A stretch of 64,000 nucleotides of DNA. Source: Verrucomicrobiales bacterium. GTDB lineage: Bacteria; Verrucomicrobiota; Verrucomicrobiia; Limisphaerales; UBA1100. The translations under genes were made by a program, and so were the position numbers. The DNA is taken from positions 4,294-68,293 of the forward strand of contig SYLI01000068.1 of NCBI GenBank assembly GCA_005809105.1, in the 5' to 3' direction. How positions within the stretch are numbered: the stretch's first letter is position 1; every line of letters begins with the position of its first letter. The notes beneath the pieces were generated by a model that made no database searches, was not told where the DNA came from, and worked only from the letters and a program-made list of their open reading frames with translations. Positions 8,785-16,708 of the stretch are shown piece after piece.

Positions 8785-9701
8785 CCAGAGGCGGGGCGGT
8801 GCTGGCCGCGTTGGCGGCAGCCCTTTACGTGCCGGCGTCGGCGCAGGCGGAGACGGTCTACTCCGCGTACTCGCAGTACAACCTCATTACGGTGGAGGAC
8901 AAGGGCAGCTTTCGCACGCTGAGCTTCAACGGCTCGCAGGAATCGCGCGTGTCGCGGAGCAATGGGCTCCTCGGGCATTTTGAGTACACCGAATTCTTGC
9001 AGATGCCGCTCATGTGGGCGCCCAAGGCCCGGCGCGTGCTGATGATTGGGCTGGGCGGCGGCAGCACGCAGAAGGCCTACCAGCATCACTACGCGGACAT
9101 TCACATCGACACCGTGGAGCTGGACGCGATGGTGGCAACCACAGCGCGGCGCTTCTTCGATGTGCGCGAGACCGCCAAGTTCAAGATTCACATCGCGGAT
9201 GGCCGCACCTATCTCAAGCGCTACGAAGGCCCGAAGTACGACATCATCCTGCTCGACGCCTACACCTCCAGCCGCAGCGGCTCGCACATCCCCTATCATC
9301 TGGCGACGAAGGAATTCTTCGAGCTGGTCTCCGAGCAGCTCACGGCCGGCGGCGTGCTGGGGTACAACGTCATCGGCACCTACGACGGCTGGCGCGCCGA
9401 CAATGTGGGCGCGCTTCACCGCACGATGGCGACCGTGTTTCCGCACGTGTACCACTTCCCTGCAACGGAGACGAAGAACATCGTCTTTGTGGCGACCAAG
9501 GACCGCGTTGCGCTGACGGTGCCGCTGCTCGTGGAAAAAATGGGCGCGCTGCACGAGGTCCGGCCGAAGCTGGCCCCCAATTTCAATGCGCGCATTCAGG
9601 CGGTGCGCAATCAGGCGCCGCAAACCTCCGCGCAGTCGCCCGTGCTAGTGGACAAACTTGCACCGGCCAGCGGCCTGCTCGGAACGCGCTCGCCAGAGTA
9701 G
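8751..9701 (+). CDS. spermidine synthase-like (aminopropyl/methyltransferase fold) protein with N-terminal anchor
   Basis: VLMIGLGGGS is the nucleotide-binding loop. DIILLDAYTS and YSQYNLITVED match a spermidine-synthase-type N-terminal strand. The start is uncertain (8733 or 8751) and the ORF overlaps the previous gene in another frame. Confidence 0.7.
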   Translation: MASAGSSSLRLARGGAVLAALAAALYVPASAQAETVYSAYSQYNLITVEDKGSFRTLSFNGSQESRVSRSNGLLGHFEYTEFLQMPLMWAPKARRVLMIGLGGGSTQKAYQHHYADIHIDTVELDAMVATTARRFFDVRETAKFKIHIADGRTYLKRYEGPKYDIILLDAYTSSRSGSHIPYHLATKEFFELVSEQLTAGGVLGYNVIGTYDGWRADNVGALHRTMATVFPHVYHFPATETKNIVFVATKDRVALTVPLLVEKMGALHEVRPKLAPNFNARIQAVRNQAPQTSAQSPVLVDKLAPASGLLGTRSPE

Positions 9702-9704
9702 GGC

Positions 9705-10982
9705 TTAGGCTTCCCGGCGCATCCGCGCCGCGTACATTCCGTCCACGCTGTCGTCCGAGGGCGTCAGCGTGCGTTCCACCTCGAGGGAAAACTTGGGATG
9801 CGCCGCAAGGAAGGCCGCCGTCTGCTCGCCGTTCTCCTCCGATTCAAGGCTGCAGGTGCTGTACACCAGCACGCCGCCGGGCTTGACGTGGCCGGCGGCG
9901 CGGGCCAGCAAATCGCGCTGAGTGGCGCAGGCCTGTGCGAGCGCGCGACTTTGCAGGCGCCACCGCAGATCCACGCGCCGGCGTAGCACGCCGGTGTTGC
10001 TGCAGGGCGCGTCCACGAGCACGCGGTCGAACACGGCGCGTGGAGGGAGCTGCGCCACGTGAAGCGGCTCCACGCACCGCGCGCCCAGCCTCCGGCAGTT
10101 TTCTTGCAGGCGCGCCAGCCTCTGGCGGTCCACATCGCAGGCCACCACCCTGCCGGTGTTCTGCAGACAGGCTGCAATGGCCGTGGCCTTGCCGCCGGGG
10201 GCGGCGCAGAGGTCGAGAATGTCTTCGTCCAGCTCCGCCGCCAAAAGCGACACCGCCAGCAGCGTGCCCGGGTCCTGCACATAGAAAAGTCCTTCTTCGT
10301 AGCCAGGCAGTCCGCTCACCGGGCCCGGGTCGCCGACGCGGAACATGGGCGCGGTGAGCCAGTCGAAATGCACGGGATTGTGTTTCACTGCTGCAGCGGT
10401 CCATCGCGCGGAGAGATCGCCATCGCGCAGCGGATTGGGACGCACAAAGTTCACCGCGGGCAGATTGTTCCACTGCAAAAGCGCGCGGGTGCGTGCGTCT
10501 CCCCAGCGAGCCATCCAGCGGGTGACCAGCCAGTCTGGATGCGAGAACCCCAGAGCGGGCTGCGTCAGCGCGAGGCGTTCAAGGGCGGTGCGCAGCGAGT
10601 CGCGGTCGCGCAGGCAGCCGCGCAACGTGGCATTGATGAAACCGGCGGCATGACCAACGTCGCACGCGCGGGTCAACGCCACCGTCTCATGCACGGCGGC
10701 ATGATCGGGCACGCGATCCAGCCAGAAGATTTGGTAAAGCCCCAGGCGCAGCAAGTCGCGCACGAGCGGCGCCTGATGTCGGTCGGGGGCCCGTTGGGCG
10801 ATGAGCCAGTCGAGTGTCGCGCGCCATCGCAGGACACCGTAGAAGAGCTCCTGGCACAAAGCGCGGTCGCGCGCTGCCACGGCCGGCAGTGCCTCCGCGA
10901 GCAGCGCGTCGGCGCGCGCCTCGGCCGTGTCCCACTGGCGCAGCAGGCGCAGGGCGATTTCTCTTGGTCTTTGCGAAGGCAC
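9705..10982 (-). CDS. rsmB: 16S rRNA (cytosine-C5) methyltransferase RsmB/Sun family
   Basis: NusB-like N-terminus. DLCAAPGGK, VDAPCSNTGV and YSTCSL are motifs with the catalytic cysteines. Confidence 0.85.
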   Translation of the reverse strand: MPSQRPREIALRLLRQWDTAEARADALLAEALPAVAARDRALCQELFYGVLRWRATLDWLIAQRAPDRHQAPLVRDLLRLGLYQIFWLDRVPDHAAVHETVALTRACDVGHAAGFINATLRGCLRDRDSLRTALERLALTQPALGFSHPDWLVTRWMARWGDARTRALLQWNNLPAVNFVRPNPLRDGDLSARWTAAAVKHNPVHFDWLTAPMFRVGDPGPVSGLPGYEEGLFYVQDPGTLLAVSLLAAELDEDILDLCAAPGGKATAIAACLQNTGRVVACDVDRQRLARLQENCRRLGARCVEPLHVAQLPPRAVFDRVLVDAPCSNTGVLRRRVDLRWRLQSRALAQACATQRDLLARAAGHVKPGGVLVYSTCSLESEENGEQTAAFLAAHPKFSLEVERTLTPSDDSVDGMYAARMRREA

Positions 10983-11045
10983 CGGGCTAGATTCCTCAAA
11001 CCCACCGGTTGAAGCGAGGAGTTTGGGTGGGCGGAGCCTTTTTTA

Positions 11046-12878
11046 ATGAAAGCTGAATTTGAAAAGCTGGCGGCTGCCGGGAAAATCTCCGCCGGCGACG
11101 TGGGCGTGCTGGTGGCGATGGCCACCGAGGGATTTTGCAGGCATCGCGCATGGGGCGTGGGCCGCATCACCACGGTGGATACGGTGCTGGGCCGGCTCTC
11201 CGTGGATTTCAAGGGGCGGCCCGGCCACCCCGTGGCCATCGGATTTGCGGCCAGTATGCTCGTGCCCATCAGCAAGGATCACATCGAGGCGCGCAAGGAA
11301 ACCGACTTGGGCGCGCTCCGGCAGATGGCCGCGCTGCACCACTTGGACGTCATCAAGCTCATCCTTGATAGTTATGGGCCTGAGGCCACTCCGGAACGGG
11401 TGCAGGCGGTGCTCGTGCCCGATGTCATCCAAGAAGACTACAAGAAATGGTGGGAGGTGGCGCGACGCGAAATGCGCAAGGATGGGCGCTACCATTTTAC
11501 ACCCAAAAAGAACGACCCGATTCTCTTCGAGCCTGAGGATCATTCCGCGCAGCGGCGGCTCCTCGAGGAATTCCGCACGGCGCGGGGGTTGAAGGCCCGG
11601 CTGGTGGAAGCACAGGAGATCGCTAAGGACATCGGAAACTTGGAGGACCGCGCGGCCGTGGTGGGCGAGATTTCCGAGACCCTCCAGTCGGACATCCAGA
11701 GCCACGCGCGCACGCAGCCCGCACTGGCTTTGGAAGGGGTGTTTGTGCGCGATGACCTGCGCGCCGCCGCGGGCCTCTCCGCCGTGCCGGGAGAATTGGG
11801 CGAGGCGCTCGTGTGGGGCTTGGAGCCGATGTTGGCGGACGTGTTGGCGGCGCTGCCCGCGGCCAAGCAAGCGCGCGCGTTGGAGAGCTACCGTGCGCAC
11901 ACCGCCAACTGGGCGGGCGATCTTTTGGGCATCCTTAACCGGGTGTCCGCGCGGCTGTGCCACGCCTGCGCCCAGATCCTCGCTGACCAAGGCCAGATCG
12001 AACCGCTGCGGCACACGCTGGTCTCCCTCATCAATCAGCACCAGGCCAGCGGCGAGTTGCTGCTGTGGCTGGCGCGCGAACGCTCCGACACGTTTACCGA
12101 ACTGCTCGGCCCGGATCTGCTTCGCGCCATCGTTCATTCCATCGACCGCGATTCGGAGCGCAAGGCCAACAAGCTTCGCGACTATCTCGTGGACGACCCC
12201 GACATCATCGAGGTGCTGACGCAGTCGGCCGACATCGAGGTGGTGCGCGATCTCACGCGGGCGATCCAGCTCTCCCCGAGCATCGAGGCCATGGACAAGC
12301 GCTCGTTGTTAGGCAAGCTGGTGAAGTGCCACCCCGCGCTGCAGAGTTTCATCGCCGGCGATCAAACCCGGCAGGATCAGGCGCTGGTGGTGTCGTGGGA
12401 GAGTCTGGAGCGGCGCAAGACCGAGTACGAGGAGTTGGTGAAGCAGAAGATCCCCGCCAACTCGCACGAGATTGCCATTGCCCGCAGCTACGGCGATTTG
12501 CGGGAAAATCACGAGTTCAAGGCTGCCAAGGAAATGCAAAAGTTCCTGATGGGGCGCAAGAATGAGCTGGAACTGGAGCTGGATCGCGCGCGCGGCACCG
12601 ACTTTTCCGGCGTCAGCCCCGATCGCGTGGGCGTGGGCACGCGCGTCACGGTTCGCGATCTGGAAAGCGGCGGGAACGAAACCTACACCATCCTCGGCGC
12701 GTGGGACGGCGATCCAGATCGCCATGTCATCAGCTACCTCACGCCCATCGGGAAGGCTCTGCTGCAGCACGTCCAGGGCGAGGAAGTGGAATGGGAGCTC
12801 GGCGGGAAAACACACCGGTACCGGATTGAAAGCATCACGGTGGCACGCGGCGAACCGGCGGGGGCTTTGCCCGGCTAA
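11046..12878 (+). CDS. GreA/GreB-family transcript cleavage factor with long N-terminal extension
   Basis: Roughly the last 160 residues match GreA (YGDLRENHEFKAAKE coiled-coil tip, then a C-terminal globular domain). About 440-450 N-terminal residues have no motif I recognise. Confidence 0.8.
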   Translation: MKAEFEKLAAAGKISAGDVGVLVAMATEGFCRHRAWGVGRITTVDTVLGRLSVDFKGRPGHPVAIGFAASMLVPISKDHIEARKETDLGALRQMAALHHLDVIKLILDSYGPEATPERVQAVLVPDVIQEDYKKWWEVARREMRKDGRYHFTPKKNDPILFEPEDHSAQRRLLEEFRTARGLKARLVEAQEIAKDIGNLEDRAAVVGEISETLQSDIQSHARTQPALALEGVFVRDDLRAAAGLSAVPGELGEALVWGLEPMLADVLAALPAAKQARALESYRAHTANWAGDLLGILNRVSARLCHACAQILADQGQIEPLRHTLVSLINQHQASGELLLWLARERSDTFTELLGPDLLRAIVHSIDRDSERKANKLRDYLVDDPDIIEVLTQSADIEVVRDLTRAIQLSPSIEAMDKRSLLGKLVKCHPALQSFIAGDQTRQDQALVVSWESLERRKTEYEELVKQKIPANSHEIAIARSYGDLRENHEFKAAKEMQKFLMGRKNELELELDRARGTDFSGVSPDRVGVGTRVTVRDLESGGNETYTILGAWDGDPDRHVISYLTPIGKALLQHVQGEEVEWELGGKTHRYRIESITVARGEPAGALPG

Positions 12879-12925
12879 CCAACACCTGTTTTTTAGAGCG
12901 CCGCGGCCATTCTCCTCCACTGCGC

Positions 12926-14011
12926 ATGCGTCAAATTAATGTGCAGCTGGGTGCGCGCTCCTACGCCATCCACGTCGGCCACGGGCTGCTAGCGCGCCTA
13001 GGAACCCACTGCCGCAAGCTCGGGCTGGGCGCCCAGTGTGTGCTGGTCACCGACACGCACGTGGCGCGGCTGCACGGCGCGGCCGCACGTGTCTCGCTGA
13101 GCAACGCCGGCATTTCCGCCGCCTGCATCACCCTGCCCTCAGGCGAGCGTTCCAAATCGCTGGAGCAAGCCCGGCGCTGTTATCGCGCGATGGCGGCTCA
13201 CCGGCTGGAGCGCGGCTCCTTCGTAGTCGCGCTGGGAGGCGGTGTTGTGGGCGACGTGGCGGGGTTCGTGGCGGCCACCTATCTTCGTGGGATGGCGCTC
13301 GTGCAGGTTCCCACAACTCTGCTGGCGCAAGTGGATAGCTCCGTCGGAGGCAAGGTGGGGGTGAACCTGCCGGAGGGAAAAAACCTCGTGGGCGCCTTTC
13401 ATCAGCCGCGCGCGGTGTACTGCGACCTCGAGCTGCTGCGCAGCCTGCCGGAGCGCGAGTTTCGCGCGGGACTGGCCGAGGTCATCAAGTACGGCATCAT
13501 TGCCGACGCCAGACTCTTCGCGCGGCTGGAGCGCGATTTGGAGGCGCTGCTCAAGCGGCACGCTCCCACGCTGGAAGCCGTCGTGGCGCGCTGCTGCGCC
13601 ATCAAGGCCGCGGTCGTGGGCGAGGATGAGCGCGAGGGCGGCCGGCGGGCGATTCTGAATTTTGGCCATACCCTCGGGCACGGGCTGGAAGCCATCTCGC
13701 GCTACGGGCGCTACCTGCACGGCGAGGCCATCAGCATTGGACAGGTTGCGGCCGCGCGCCTGTCTCAAAAGCTGGCGGGGCTGCCCGCGCGCGACGCCGA
13801 TCGCATTGAGGCGTTGTTCATCCGGGCAGGATTGCCCGTCCGGGTGTCGCTCAAGACGGCCGAACGCCGGCGACTCCACGACGCCATGCGGCTGGACAAA
13901 AAGGTGAGTGCGGGCGAAATCCGCTTCGTGCTGGCGGGGGCGCTGGGGCGCGCCACGGCGGGCCATCGCGTTCCGATGCAAACGCTGCTCACGGTGATGG
14001 AGGGGACATGA
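12926..14011 (+). CDS. aroB: 3-dehydroquinate synthase
   Basis: GGGVVGDVAGFVAATYLRGMALVQVPTTLLAQVDSSVGGKVGVN and FGHTLGH are canonical DHQS motifs. Confidence 0.9.
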   Translation: MRQINVQLGARSYAIHVGHGLLARLGTHCRKLGLGAQCVLVTDTHVARLHGAAARVSLSNAGISAACITLPSGERSKSLEQARRCYRAMAAHRLERGSFVVALGGGVVGDVAGFVAATYLRGMALVQVPTTLLAQVDSSVGGKVGVNLPEGKNLVGAFHQPRAVYCDLELLRSLPEREFRAGLAEVIKYGIIADARLFARLERDLEALLKRHAPTLEAVVARCCAIKAAVVGEDEREGGRRAILNFGHTLGHGLEAISRYGRYLHGEAISIGQVAAARLSQKLAGLPARDADRIEALFIRAGLPVRVSLKTAERRRLHDAMRLDKKVSAGEIRFVLAGALGRATAGHRVPMQTLLTVMEGT

Positions 14012-14601
14012 GCGCCGTCAGCGAGGCCATCGTGAGGGAGTTTTTTGAGGCGCACGGATTCTTTGTGCGCCAGCAGCGCAAGCATGTGTCGCCCTCGCGC
14101 CGCGAGGAGGACGCGGTGGACTTTTATGTGTGCAACCCCCGCGCCACAGACGATGGCGCGCCTCCGTTTGTCCTGGGCACGGCCGATCTGGCACGCGTGG
14201 CACGCGCTGTGGTGGTGGTGAAGGGCTGGCACACCGAGACCTTCAGCCCCGCAGTGATGGCGCACGCGCCGGGAATGTTTAAGTTCCTGAGTCCTGCCAT
14301 GTTTAAGCGGGCGGCCGAGGGGTTTGGGTGTCGGGAGCGCTTTCTCAAACTGTTGGTAGTGCCGGCGCTGCCGCAGTCGGGCGAGGCGCGCACCAAGAGC
14401 ATCGAATGGCTGCGCGCCAAAGGCATCGACGGGGTGTTGCCCTTTCGCAGCATGCTGGCCTTTCTCATTGCGCACACGGCGGCAAATCGAAACTACGTCA
14501 AGAGCGACCTCCTGCAGGTGTTGCGAATCCTCAAGAGCTACGGGCTGCTCGTCGAGGGCGACCAACAGATGGATTTGTTTGGCAAACGCCGCGGCCGCTG
14601 A
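14008..14601 (+). CDS. conserved-looking hypothetical protein, possible restriction-endonuclease-like fold
   Basis: 197-aa ORF whose ATG overlaps the aroB stop (ATGA). The N-terminal pattern EAIVREFFEAHGFFV ... DAVDFYV ... AVVVVKGWH resembles a helix-strand-strand nuclease-type core. No family assignment is possible by eye. Confidence 0.6.
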   Translation: MSAVSEAIVREFFEAHGFFVRQQRKHVSPSRREEDAVDFYVCNPRATDDGAPPFVLGTADLARVARAVVVVKGWHTETFSPAVMAHAPGMFKFLSPAMFKRAAEGFGCRERFLKLLVVPALPQSGEARTKSIEWLRAKGIDGVLPFRSMLAFLIAHTAANRNYVKSDLLQVLRILKSYGLLVEGDQQMDLFGKRRGR

Positions 14602-14659
14602 GAGAGGCGCGTGTATTGCCGCTGGCGGGGGTGCCTGACGGCTGGTAGGCTTTGCGCCG

Positions 14660-15229
14660 GTGTTGCTGGTTGTCGACAACTACGATTCCTTCACGTTTAA
14701 CCTTGTCCAGTATCTGGGCGAGATGGGCGTGCCGATGCAGGTGCACCGCAATGACCAGATTGCGGTGGAGCGCGTCCGCGAGCTCGGGCCCTCGCGCATT
14801 CTGATTTCGCCCGGGCCCTGTTCGCCGCGCGAGGCGGGAGTCTCCAACGACATCATCCGGGAGTTTGGAGCGACCATCCCGCTGCTGGGCGTCTGCCTGG
14901 GCCATCAGTGCATCGGGCACACCTACGGCGCGCAGGTGGTGGTGAATCACCGGATGATGCACGGCAAGACCTCGCCCATCCTCCACGACGGGCGCGACCT
15001 CTTCGCCGGGATGCCCAACCCCTTCGCGGCCACGCGCTATCACTCGCTGGTGATCCAGCGCGACACACTCCCCGCCTGCCTGCGCATCACCGCCGAGACG
15101 GCCGAGGGCGAGATCATGGGCGTGCGCCACAGTGAGCACCCCGTCTGGGGCGTGCAGTTTCATCCGGAGAGCATTCTCACGGAGGAAGGCCGGCGGCTGC
15201 TGGCCAATTTCCTGGCGTTGGAACGCTAG
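14660..15229 (+). CDS. trpG: glutamine amidotransferase component of anthranilate / aminodeoxychorismate synthase (TrpG/PabA)
   Basis: [18 protein letters not shown], the GVCLGHQ catalytic Cys, and [11 protein letters not shown] start. Confidence 0.9.
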   Translation: MLLVVDNYDSFTFNLVQYLGEMGVPMQVHRNDQIAVERVRELGPSRILISPGPCSPREAGVSNDIIREFGATIPLLGVCLGHQCIGHTYGAQVVVNHRMMHGKTSPILHDGRDLFAGMPNPFAATRYHSLVIQRDTLPACLRITAETAEGEIMGVRHSEHPVWGVQFHPESILTEEGRRLLANFLALER

Positions 15230-16200
15230 GGGGTGCTGGTGCGCGCGCGCGCCTTGGCCAGCACGTCGGCCAGCCTCACTTCCTTGCCGCCCTGGCGCTT
15301 GCTTTCGTCGGCCGCCTCCATGAAGGCGAAGAGCTCGATGGTTTCCTCCGGCGGAACCGGAACCTTGCCCGTCTTAAAAAACCCCACCGCCTGCGCCACC
15401 AGCGGCGCGTAGCCGTCAAAGGCACCCACCGGGCTCTCTCCCTTGTCGCCGACGGCCTTGCCGGAGTAACCCTTGCCTTCGCGGAACACGCCGGTGCGCC
15501 CTCCCTTCCACTGGCCAGTGACCTCGATGCGCCCGTCCGTGGTGGCACTGCGCCGCACGCTCTCGCAGCCGGTGCCCATCACCGTGAAGAGCGCCTCGCA
15601 TCCGTGCACTCCATACCAGAACAAATCAGGGTGTGTTTTCTCCAAGCTGGCGGGGCTGGTGCACTCGGCGGAGAGCACGCGGCCCACGGCACCCGCCCGC
15701 ACGGCCTGCGTGGTTATGCCGTAGCGCAACGAAGAGGAGCTAAACACCGGCACGCCCGCGGCCTGAGCCAGCCGGAAAATCTCCAGCACGTCGCGCAGCG
15801 ATCCGGCGAGAGGCTTGTCGATGAAAAGCGGCCGGCGCGCCGCGATCGCCACACGCGCCTGCTCCAGATGCACGCGGCCGTCCACGCTTTCGATCATCAC
15901 GGCATCCACGTCGCGGCAGAGCGCCTCCATCGAGTCGTAGAGCTTGACGCCATACTTTTCCTGCAGGGTCTTGGTGAAACCCTCCACGCGGCTGCGGCTG
16001 GTCTCAAGGTCGGGGCTGCCGCCCTTGAAGGCGCCCACGATGCGCGCGCCGGCGACGTGGTCCTTCGCCTTGGGATTGTGCAGGATTTCAGCGAAGGCAA
16101 CACTGTGCGAAGTGTCGAGCCCGATCATGCCGATGCGCAGATCGGCGGCGAGGGCAGCAGTGGCGAGGGTCATTCCCAGAAAGAGGAGTGGGGCATTCAT
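15226..16200 (-). CDS. exported Gfo/Idh/MocA family oxidoreductase
   Basis: Signal-like N-terminus [19 protein letters not shown] followed by [16 protein letters not shown] (Rossmann). Start set at the internal ATG 16200. Confidence 0.75.
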   Translation of the reverse strand: MNAPLLFLGMTLATAALAADLRIGMIGLDTSHSVAFAEILHNPKAKDHVAGARIVGAFKGGSPDLETSRSRVEGFTKTLQEKYGVKLYDSMEALCRDVDAVMIESVDGRVHLEQARVAIAARRPLFIDKPLAGSLRDVLEIFRLAQAAGVPVFSSSSLRYGITTQAVRAGAVGRVLSAECTSPASLEKTHPDLFWYGVHGCEALFTVMGTGCESVRRSATTDGRIEVTGQWKGGRTGVFREGKGYSGKAVGDKGESPVGAFDGYAPLVAQAVGFFKTGKVPVPPEETIELFAFMEAADESKRQGGKEVRLADVLAKARARTSTP

Positions 16201-16255
16201 GGCAGGAGATTGCCATGGAGCGTAGCGCAGCCAGCGCCCGTGTAAATGCCAAAGC

Positions 16256-16660
16256 CTAGGCCTGCGTGGTGATGGCATCCCAATCGATGCCGTGGCGGCG
16301 CGCGTACTCGGCAAAGGCCTTCTCGTGGGCGATCAGCACGGCGCGCACCACCGAGGAGTCGTCGGCGCGGCCGATGGTCGAGGAGTGATTGATGATGAGG
16401 TGCGACTGGTTGTGTGCGTAGGCCAGCGCAAAGCACGCGTCGGCCAGCGCGGCGTACGGAGTCTCCTGATCGGCGCCCTCGGCATAGTCCTCGACCACGC
16501 CGGCCAGAAACTCCAGCTGATCGACCAAGTGCGGAAACCGGGGCGCGTTGATTTCGGCAAACTCCAGTTTCAGCTGCGGGAGTTTCTTGTGGATGCCGTG
16601 CAGGATTTTCGGCGACACGCGGGCACCGTTGTGGCGCACGAATTCTGCAACCTCGGACAT
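16256..16660 (-). CDS. hypothetical protein
   Basis: 134-aa ORF with coding-like composition, on the same strand and 48 nt downstream of the helicase gene. No motif recognised with confidence. Confidence 0.5.
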   Translation of the reverse strand: MSEVAEFVRHNGARVSPKILHGIHKKLPQLKLEFAEINAPRFPHLVDQLEFLAGVVEDYAEGADQETPYAALADACFALAYAHNQSHLIINHSSTIGRADDSSVVRAVLIAHEKAFAEYARRHGIDWDAITTQA

Positions 16661-16708
16661 GGAAGGACTCTAGTGCGCGCGGCGCCGATGGCAAGCCTGA
16701 CCGCGGGG

